From Laetmonice hystrix (lineage: Eukaryota), in the NCBI GenBank assembly GCA_965235115.1, contig OZ249436.1, positions 62,001 through 126,000 on the forward strand: a stretch of 64,000 nt of DNA, in the 5' to 3' direction. Numbering within the stretch: position 1 is the first letter of the stretch; each line of letters begins with the position of its first letter. The position numbers and the translations under genes are program-made. Positions 29,115-38,863 of the stretch are shown here, in pieces. Below the pieces are notes generated by a model. The model was given only the letters and a program-made list of their open reading frames with translations. It searched no databases and was not told the origin of the DNA.

Positions 29115-30356
29115 ATGCCTAGAGGAAAACAACTGCCTTCCTCTCCTACCCAATGTATGGAGGCCACTTCCAAAGATACTGCCCTCATTCTGGAGAAACT
29201 GAATCAACTTAGTGAACTACCTAAACTAATGGAAAGTTTCAAAGACGAAGTCAGACAAGATATTAAAGATATCAAAGAGTCATTGGATTTTTCTCACCAA
29301 GAGATAGACGAATGGAAGTATAAATGTAAGGAAAACGCAGCAGAGATCACGCTCCTAAGAGAGGAGCTAAAAAAAGAAAGGACCCTCAATAAAAAGCTGA
29401 GTAATGACTTGATTGCGCTTAATAGGAAAGTGAACAACCAGGAAGATTATTCACGTAAACATAATCCTCTCTTTGATGGGATTAAAAAAGAGACTGGTGA
29501 GAACTGCAAGGAAATAATTTTGAACCTTGTACGCGATAAGTTACAACTGACCACGGACCTGAAAATTGACCTAGCTCATCGTACGGGTAAGCCTTTCCAG
29601 GGAAAGAACAGGTCAATCATGGCCAAATTCTGCTTCTTGGAACACAGGCAGCTGGTGTGGACCAACAGGACCAAACTAAAGGGAACTAGGCTCTTTATGA
29701 GTGAAGATCATTGCGAGGAAACAAAGAGAAACAAATCTAAACTACTTCCCATTCTTAAAGCCGCCTGGAAGCACCACCATAAGGCGACATTTGTGAAGGA
29801 CGAACTCATAATTGACGGAGTACGATATACCTTAAATTCTTTGCACAAACTACCTCAACACCTGGATCCGGTTAAAGTATCCACACCTGCAGTCAACGAG
29901 AATACTTTAGCGTTTTACAGCCAACTGTCGCCACTATCCAACTTTTATCCTTCGCGATTTATTATAAACGGGAAGGAGTACTCATCATCCGAACAGTATT
30001 TCCAACATTCAAAAGCTCTTGCGTGCGAACAGGACGAAATTGCAGCTGGCATCATGAGTGCCACTGAGCCGGTGATTATCAAAAGGTATGGTGACCAAAT
30101 CAAGGTCAACAACAACTGGAACAGACGTAAACTTTCTGAAATGAAAATCGGCTGTGCAGCAAAGTTTGAACAGAATGCATCCCTTAAGGAATTTCTTATA
30201 AATACTGGAAACAAGAACCTGGTACACGCAGGCATGGCCAGATTCTGGGGCGCTGGTGTTCCACTAGGGAGTCCTAATCTGGTGGACAATAGCTGGCCTG
30301 GTCAGAACAAACTTGGTGATGTTCTTGTATCGCTGCGCGAAACTCTGCAAGGTTAG
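29115..30356 (+). CDS. LINE ORF1p: coiled coil plus L1-type RRM/CTD, fused to a C-terminal NADAR (YbiA/DUF1768-like) domain
   Basis: Open frame; first ATG at 29115. It has a heptad-rich N-terminus, then QEDYSRKHNPLFDGI, AHRTG, RSIMAKF and LFMSED (L1-like ORF1). The C-terminal ~150 aa carry FYSQLSPLSNFY, SSEQYFQHSKA, AKFEQN, FWG and GQNKLGDVLVSLRE (NADAR motifs). Confidence 0.9.
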   Translation: MPRGKQLPSSPTQCMEATSKDTALILEKLNQLSELPKLMESFKDEVRQDIKDIKESLDFSHQEIDEWKYKCKENAAEITLLREELKKERTLNKKLSNDLIALNRKVNNQEDYSRKHNPLFDGIKKETGENCKEIILNLVRDKLQLTTDLKIDLAHRTGKPFQGKNRSIMAKFCFLEHRQLVWTNRTKLKGTRLFMSEDHCEETKRNKSKLLPILKAAWKHHHKATFVKDELIIDGVRYTLNSLHKLPQHLDPVKVSTPAVNENTLAFYSQLSPLSNFYPSRFIINGKEYSSSEQYFQHSKALACEQDEIAAGIMSATEPVIIKRYGDQIKVNNNWNRRKLSEMKIGCAAKFEQNASLKEFLINTGNKNLVHAGMARFWGAGVPLGSPNLVDNSWPGQNKLGDVLVSLRETLQG

Positions 30357-30527
30357 TTTTGTTGGTGAATGTTTATTATGTCCCTTTATGTAGATCTTTG
30401 CATATTAGGATTCCGATGTTACCTAACCTTAAAACTATAACAGTTACCAAGTGTTGTCATAAGGATATTTATTATTGTTGCTTAACTGTATTCTTTATTG
30501 ATACTCATATTCTTGCCAATATTTGAA

Positions 30528-30741
30528 ATGGTATCTGTAAACAACAATTGTCCAAATTGTCAACTCTTGAACTGTTATGTTGACCACTGCCATGTTGTTC
30601 TCCCGTTCATGAATGTGGAAACCGACCTTGAACTCGTTGAGAGATTCCCCACGACCACACTCTGAATGTTTTCGATCTTTATAGTGAAGACAATAATCAC
30701 CATGACCTTATAAAATGGAATGACCCCGATAAAAACTTTTA
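30528..30741 (+). pseudogene. N-terminal fragment of LINE ORF2, separated from the rest by the 30742-38863 insertion; probable frameshift near 30640-30660
   Basis: ATG at 30528 reads MVSVNNNCPNC...LPFMNVETDLEL. A shifted frame from 30662 reads LNVFDLY...WNDPDKNF and joins in frame to YSDLSPTSSNYY at 38864 once the insertion is removed. Confidence 0.75.
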
Positions 30742-31735
30742 TGCAGTCAAACTCGGAGAACGGGAATGCTTTGCTGTAGGTTACATTTTATTCACATACA
30801 TAGTAACCCGTTGATCACCCCATGCAATGGGGGACTCTACAAACATTATAATATGGTAAATCTATATAAGGTGTAACTGATATATGTAACAACATAACAA
30901 TACTATAGTAATATAATACATAACCGATAATACATTATATGGAAATACATAGTCCAAAATACATAGATATAGGTATAGTTATGCCTTATTAGGTGGAGAC
31001 AATGCCCACAACATCCAGGAACCCAAATACATCCCTATCCAACCAAACTGAGAAAAGAACTCGGGCAGCCATGCTGACCCCAAGCCAAACCCAGTAGGTC
31101 TACATAAAAACATAATTTAAACCAGGCAAAGGCGTTGAAACATGGAGGAGTCGGGGCGGAGGTGGGCCGTCTGATTTCCACGAAGCTTCCAAAGGTAGAG
31201 AACTCGACTCTTCTGCTCGGTTGTATTTATACCCTCCGGATCGTCTCCCAAGTCGCCTTCGTCATTTCCGACCCAGACCGCGCGAGAGGCGAGAACCAAG
31301 ATGGTGGTTAACGGGAGTACAGCTATTGTTTACATTACCTCGACAATACATACTGAGCACACGACATGGGTCCTAGATTATGTGCGAGTACCTATACTAA
31401 TATACCTACGCAAACCCCTCGTTTCTCCTCCATAAATGATCCCGGCTCTTTGGCGCCGAGCTCGGATTTATGCAGTCAAACTCGGAGAACGGGAATGCTT
31501 TGCTGTAGGTTACATTTTATTCACATACATAGTAACCCGTTGATCACCCCATGCAATGGGGGACTCTACAAACATTATAATATGGTAAATCTATATAAGG
31601 TGTAACTGATATATGTAACAACATAACAATACTATAGTAATATAATACATAACCGATAATACATTATATGGAAATACATAGTCCAAAATACATAGATATA
31701 GGTATAGTTATGCCTTATTAGGTGGAGACAATGCC
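30742..31735. repeat. 265-bp direct repeat B (30742-31006 and 31471-31735) flanking one copy of the 302-bp repeat A (31169-31470)
   Basis: tgcagtcaaactcgg...gagacaatgcc occurs twice and looks identical by eye. Confidence 0.95.
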
Positions 31736-32497
31736 ACTAAGCGGAATCGAAGATGAAGCTGGAGCCACCAAAGAAGGCAGGAGAAAAGACTCCTAACGCG
31801 ACCCGCTGACACCGCCCCAGGAGCCAAATCTACGCATCACCGTCAGACACAACTTGGAAATTAGGCACAGATCATCTCCTGGCCTAAACGAACGGATAGC
31901 GGAACCCATCATCATCCAGTCCGATTAGGGGCATCTGGTGTACCTGCAACAAGCATATCAAGGCTTTGAATCATAAGACATACGGAAGAAGACCTTAGAT
32001 CCTTGGAGTCAACATCATAACGTCAGGTTAACAAGTTATAACACCCAGCTGCTTGACCAAACAGGAAGCACCCACCATTAAACTCCATTACACCATACTT
32101 ACTTATCCTGGGAAATTGTGATAGACTGAGAAACTGGTGGAAAAACGTGACGGTATCCCATTCTACCACCTGGGACCATACTATAAATATTTAATAATAA
32201 ATAACCGAACCGGGCAACAATCCAAACTTCCTCGTCACTGAACCGTGCGACAAAGCTACCTCGTCACTGCACCGGACAACATTCCAATTAAAGCTTACTT
32301 CATCCACCTCCTTCAACGCGTCGTCTATCTAGCCGCCCCCGAGCACTTACCTACCACTTTGTACGGTACCAAACTAGTACCCACCAGACAGCTACAGAGC
32401 CCAACACTTAATGATACACGGATCGTAACGTAAGCATAAGGTAACGTAAAAAGGGAAGACTACTGGAATAACAAATACTGGAGGTGAAGGACGCGCA

Positions 32498-33510
32498 AAC
32501 GTAGCAGGAACCATGAAAGTCGTAGTCAAAAACCGTGGAATCGGTTCACGCTTGGGAGTCCAACATACATCCAACATCGGATCTCTTGGGCCCGGGAGGT
32601 TTCCCAAAACTTAAAAAGATAACTGATCTCCGTATATACACATACACATAATAACCACATAACCACATCACATACACATAATAACCACAGGATCACATGA
32701 ACAAGTTAAATGCCTTGATATCCGAGACCAACCACAAACATGGGTTAAGCCTATACGCGGCAAGTATTCCACATACCTACAAGAAATACATTCCATAGAG
32801 ATGGTAACTAAAGGAACCACTAAACCAAAACAACCTCTGAACCATACCGAACCTTGAATAATATAATTCGACAGCCCTTCGAACAACATCACAGGTTCAA
32901 AACACGGGGAATTGACTTACCCACATCAGTAAACCTCCAAAGTCAACCGAAGACACATACTCAGCCAAACGTATCAGGAACCATGAAAGTCGTAGTCAAA
33001 AACCGTGGAAACGCTTCACGCTTGGGAGTCCAACATACATCCACATCGGACCTCTCGGGCCCGGGAGGTTTCCCAAAACTTAAAAAGATAACTGATCTCC
33101 GTATATACACACACATAATAACCACATAACCACATCACATACACATAATAACCACAGAATCATATGAACAAGTTAAAGGCCTTGATATCCGAGACCAACC
33201 ACAAACATGGGTTAAGCCTATACACATAATAACCACATGAACAAGTTAAAGGCCTTGATATCCGAGACCAACCACAAACATGGGTTAAGCCTCTACGCGG
33301 CAAGTATTCCACATACCTACAAGAAACACATTCCATAGAGATGGTAGCTAAAGGAACCTCTAAACCAAAACAACCTCTGAACCATACCGAACCTTGAATA
33401 ATATAAATCAACACTCAGCCTTCGAACAACATCCCAGGTTCAAAACACGGGGAATTGACCTTACCCACATCAGTAAACCTCCAAAGTCTACCAAAGACAC
33501 ATACTCAGCC
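32498..33510. repeat. Tandem duplication of ~470 bp, with a further short duplication in the second copy
   Basis: aacgta(g/t)caggaaccatgaaagtcgtagtc begins at ~32498 and ~32968; both copies end in ...agacacatactcagcc. Confidence 0.9.
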
Positions 33511-34395
33511 TTCCATCAGCTCTTATCAGTACAAATGAATGTGTAAATATAGAATACGTCCCACGACCCATGCACCAAAGCCATATGCTCAGCCTGTCGT
33601 CCACCTAAAATGGAAAATAACAAAAGACCGAAGAAACATCTGGCAGAGGAATAATAGTTACTGCCCTATGACAAATACAATCAACTCAATATCAAAAAAT
33701 TGCATAAATTCCGCTTATACATTATGACAAATCAAATTAATCATCCAAAAATACGATAATACTTATTACCTTTATAGTTAACATTGAAATTATATAGTTA
33801 GACGAAATTACGATAAATATATAATATAATTATAGCCCTCAACACAAAGTAAAAACTAAATAGGCAACATTTAACTAAGGTGACAACCCTGACTAACATT
33901 GTTAATAATTCTATCTAAGATACCTAATATTACCAAATTAACAAAATAGTACATTGAAAATTTGACAAGATAATTTACAAAGTTAATGAACAAGATATTT
34001 AAGTGCAGACGGTCCCACCATAGCCCGAAGGCGAGGCAGATCCAAAAAGCGTAAACACATAGTACACACTAAAATACAGTAGAAGTGACCTGACTTACTA
34101 ACACAACCTACCGACCTAAAATGACTTCTTAAACAACTTTAAAACAAGAAAATAAAGATTCAGCCCTAATCCTCGAAAAAGGCAGAGCGGAGGGGACATC
34201 CCCTCGCATCCATATACATAGGTACCCATCGATCACCCATCATGGGGACTAGAAGTACAATGCACCAAAGGATGTGGCAGCCTGCGGAAACCAGGCACAT
34301 CTGCCGTAAAACAACTTGTAATATAACGGGGATGACGGAACCGAAGGGACCACACCGTCGACCCCAAGGTAATCCTATCAAGGGAGGACAGAACC

Positions 34396-35053
34396 CCACG
34401 GAACACGACACCACCCCCCAACCAAGTTAACACAACCACAAGGGAAGGCGGAACCGAAGGGACCACACACCGTCAACCCCACGGAACACGGCCCCATCCC
34501 CCAACCAAGTTAACACAACCACAAGGGAAGGCGGAACCGAAGGGACCACACACCGTCAACCCCACGGAACACGGCCCCATCCCCCAACCAAGTTAACACA
34601 ACCACAAGGGAAAGCGGAACCGAAGGGACCACACACCGTCAACCCCACGGAACACGGCCCCATCCCCCAACCAAGTTAACACAACCACAAGGGAAAGCGG
34701 AACCGAAGGGACCACACACCGTCAACCCCACGGAACACGGCCCCATCCCCCAACCAAGTTAACACAACCACAAGGGAAGGCGGAACCGAAGGGACCACAC
34801 ACCGTCAACCCCACGGAACACGGCCCCATCCCCCAACCAAGTTAACACAACCACAAGGGAAAGCGGAACCGAAGGGACCACACACCGTCAACCCCACGGA
34901 ACACGGCCCCATCCCCCAACCAAGTTAACACAACCACAAGGGAAAGCGGAACCGAAGGGACCACACACCGTCAACCCCACGGAACACGGCCCCATCCCCC
35001 AACCAAGTTAACACAACCACAAGGGAAAGCGGAACCGAAGGGACCACACACCG
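34396..35053. repeat. 83-bp minisatellite, ~8 copies
   Basis: cggaaccgaagggaccacacaccg recurs at 34449, 34532, 34615 and onward. Confidence 0.95.
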
Positions 35054-35443
35054 TATGTTACACCACATTAAGCCCACATCAGCAGAGCCCCGTTATTCGT
35101 AAACACAACACCCCCCCCCCCCACACCCCCCTCCTCCAACACACACACACACACCTCACTAACACGAGGAAGGGTGGGGTGGGGTGGGTCTACAAACTAT
35201 TGGCAAAATACTTAAACGACAAAACCTTTCAGATGAGGTGGTAGCTAAATCTACACGCCTATTAATCAGGGGCAATTAGATTAAATGATGTAAATCCTGA
35301 AACAGAGGGACAGGTAGTCTGCCTAGTAAGGTTCAGGGGACAACTAAACTCAAAAATACAAAATCAAATACTTACAAATGGATAGACTCAAAACAAAGCA
35401 ACCACAAGGAGTGAATACCAAACTACTACATAGAAAACTAGTT

Positions 35444-37378
35444 ACAAGGTGCCATGGGCACAGGAATCCCATTCACCAGGTGAAAGGGATAAATAAAGGT
35501 GCATAATGAAAGACCATATAACTTCCTATTAGTGTTTAATAATAACTATGGCTCTATCTTGAACCATTTACTAGTTATAGCTGTTGGAAAATATAGGTTA
35601 CCTCCTTATGACATCATGACCCTCTGAAAATATCGATGACGTCACTGTGACGTCATGGGTCACGTGACCAAAAAGATAATGGTGCATAATGAAAGAGCAT
35701 ATATGACTTCGTATTACTGTTTAATAGTAACTATGACTCTATCTTCAACCATTTAGAAGTTATAACCCTTAGAAAATCTAGGTGACCTGATGACGTCATA
35801 GGTCACGTGACCTGAAATATAAAGATGCATAATGAAAGAGCATAGCTTCCTATTGGTGTTTAATAGTAACTATGACTGTATCTTCAACCATTTAGAAGTT
35901 ATAACCATGAGAAAATCTAGATGACCTCTTTATGACGTCATAGGTCACGTGACCTGAAAACTAAAAGTTCATAATGAAAGAGTATATGACTTCCTACTTC
36001 CTATTAGTGTTTAATAGATCTATGCCTCTATCTTCAACCATTTGGAAGTTATAGCCCTGGGAAAATATAGGTGACCTCCTTATGACGTCATAGGTCATGT
36101 GACCTAAAAAATAAAGGTTCATAATGAAAGACCATGACTTCCTATTAGTGTTTAATAGTAACTATGGCTCTAGCCTGAACCATTTCCTAGTTATAGCTGT
36201 TGGAAAATATAGGTCACCTCCTTATGACGTCATGACCCTCTGAAAATATCGATGACGTCATTGTGACGTCATGGGTCACGTGACCGAAAAATAATGGTGC
36301 CAAACGGAAGAGCATATATGACTTCCTATTAAAGTTCTATAGTAATTTAGGCTCTATCTTCTATAGTTTCTGACTTACGGCCCTCTAAAAATATCGATGA
36401 CGGCACTGTGACGTCACGGGTCACGTGACTGAAAAAATAATGGTGCCAAATGGAAGAGCATATATGACTTCCTATTCGAATTCTACAGTAACTTAGGCTC
36501 TATCTTCTATAGTTTCCGACTTATGGCCCTTTAAAAATATCATTGACGTCACTGTGACGTCATAGGTCACGTGACCGAAAAAATAATTGTGCAAAACGGT
36601 AGAGCATATATGACTTCCTATTCAAGTTCTATAGTAACTTAAGCTCTATCTTCTATAGTTTCTGACTTATGACCCTCTGAAAATATCGATGACGTCACTG
36701 TGACGTCATGGATCACGTGACCAAAGAAATAATGGTGCTAAACGGAAGAGCATATATGATTTCCTATACATGTTCTATAGTAACTTTAGCTATATCTTCT
36801 ATGGTTTCAGAGTTATACCACTTTATTGCATTATGACCTAATATTTAGATGTTTGAGGTCACGTGACTCAGTAAATATATGGAAAATCGAAAAAATCAAT
36901 GCATTTTTATAAGTGGGCCGCCACTGGGCATCCTTGGTAAAAGTTTCATCCCAATCGGACAAAAATTGAGTGAGGAGTAGGGATTTAAGTGATTTCTTTA
37001 TTTTGACCTAGTTCTTATATAGTTCAAAGGTCAAAGGTCAAACTGCCCTCCATAATTTTGCTAACCCCTTTTCCAATAATGCTGATGGCAATAGATTTTC
37101 AAAAAGTCTAATTTACTATGAAATACAGGCCTATATATCATGACGTATTTTACGTCATTTCGTCATGATGTTACGTCATACGACGTCATGGGTCACGTGG
37201 CCAACTCATCTTCTCAGGGGGAATCTAAGTGCCAAGTTTCATTGAGATATCTTGAAAAATAATACCAATTAGGGTACAAAGTTAACTACAGGAATAATAA
37301 TAATGAAAAAAAAAAAAAAGGAAGACGAAACCATACAATTTCAAAATCCCATTCACCTAGAAGGTGAATGGGATAATA
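35444..37378 (-). mobile_element. Helentron-associated non-autonomous element (HINE/DINE-1-like) carrying an internal ~146-bp tandem array
   Basis: One end has ACAAG, the imperfect hairpin GTGCCATGGGCAC and the subTIR ATCCCATTCACC. The other end has an A-rich simple repeat and the hairpin ATCCCATTCACC-TAGAA-GGTGAATGGGAT. About 9 units (gaaagagcatatgacttcctatt...) lie between. Confidence 0.75.
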
Positions 37379-38561
37379 ACATTGACGAAATCCCCCTACC
37401 ATGCGACTGCATCAATGAACCACACTGAACAGTGAGAGGCACCTGTCCAGTTCCCGATATAATATCAGGGATAAGCCACTCGTTGGCTACAAGAGAAAGA
37501 AAATGATCAGCGACACTAAATTAGAGTCCAACAAGTCAGGTAAAATTACATTCATCAAACCATCTCCAAAGCTTATCAGGTTAAAGCTGGTGCCAATACA
37601 TCCAGATTAATCTGTCCACCGTAAATAAATACTTCTACCCGAATAACAGCACCACATACCGCTCGAATACCAGCGCAGCATACCCACATCCAAAAAGCAC
37701 CCCAAGCAAACGGCAAGAAGCATTGCCGCCAAGCGATAAACACTGTATTTAACATAATCTAGGGAGGGCACTTCGAAAACCATACCAACTGTTGCAATTA
37801 GGAGCAGCAGTAAACGCCTATATAAGACGGGACTAGATAAATTAAAGAACACCCGGCGTGTCAAGTTACAGCAGTTCACTGGTCAAGTCCCAAACCACCG
37901 AAGGACACAACATAACTTCTACCAACCTTCAACCCCACATAGTGAGGACTAGCGAAAAACACCAACTCCACGACAATGTAGGCCTACCTCACACTTTTAC
38001 GAGCCTACCCCCACCATGATACACCACGTGGCAGGACAAACCGTTGTAGGCCTATAAGCTCAACCTTGGTACCGAACGCTATTACCCTACTCAACACGGA
38101 GTAAACCACGGTAAAACAAAACTGAAATTATCGTACCCCCACTACCATTCTGGGACAAATACGTACACAAAATTACACAACATAGCACCGCCGACGTCGT
38201 CAGTCGCCCTCAATGTGTGGTGAACTAAAATAACTACAAACTCATAACACAAATTGTCTACCAGGAGCTTCAAGTAGGCTAGCCGAGCCCGAACCACAAA
38301 GGTCAGGTCGACCACGTGGAAGCGACTGTGCGTGCTGCAACACTGCATGTGACTATTTCAGACACACATAAATACTGGATACCGGTCTATAATACAGCCT
38401 CGAAAGACGAATAACTGGAACTGTTTTAGACATAACACCTGCATATAGGTGTCAAACACAAGGCAAATATAAGAAACAGTCGACAAACCACGTTCCACCG
38501 TATACTTGAAACGAAGTCCCAACCATAGAACGAACTCACCCGATGTGTGGGGAACGAATCA

Positions 38562-38863
38562 GTCTGATTTCCACGAAGCTTCCAAAGGTAGAGAACTCGA
38601 CTCTTCTGCTCGGTTGTATTTATACCCTCCGGACCGTCTCCCAAGTCGCCTTCGTCATTTCCGACCCAGACCGCGCGAGAGGCGAGAACCAAGATGGTGG
38701 TTAACGGGAGTACAGCTATTGTTTACATTACCTCGACAATACATACTGAGCACACGACATGGGTCCTAGATTATGTGCGAGTACCTATACTAATATACCT
38801 ACGCAAACCCCTCGTTTCTCCTCCATAAATGATCCCGGCTCTTTGGCGCCGAGCTCGGATTTA
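38562..38863. repeat. Second copy of the 302-bp repeat A
   Basis: gtctgatttccacgaagc...gagctcggattta matches 31169-31470; I saw one mismatch (ggatcg vs ggaccg). Confidence 0.95.

Larger units (their letters stand above)
30742..38863 (-). mobile_element. Non-autonomous split-direct-repeat element (Ngaro/PAT-like tyrosine-recombinase retroelement architecture)
   Basis: On the + strand the repeat order is B(30742-31006), A(31169-31470), B(31471-31735) ... A(38562-38863), which is A1...B1 A2 B2 on the - strand. TTTA occurs at both host junctions and at the internal A/B junction. No RT or recombinase ORF is visible. Confidence 0.82.

Noticed and set aside
38829..38863. MIPALWRRARI as the true ORF2 start
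   Set aside because: These codons come from repeat A of the inserted element; the real N-terminus is at 30528-30741.
30742..38863. Conventional LTR retrotransposon
   Set aside because: The two termini are different sequences (B left, A right) and there is no gag-pol; the repeats are split, not terminal.
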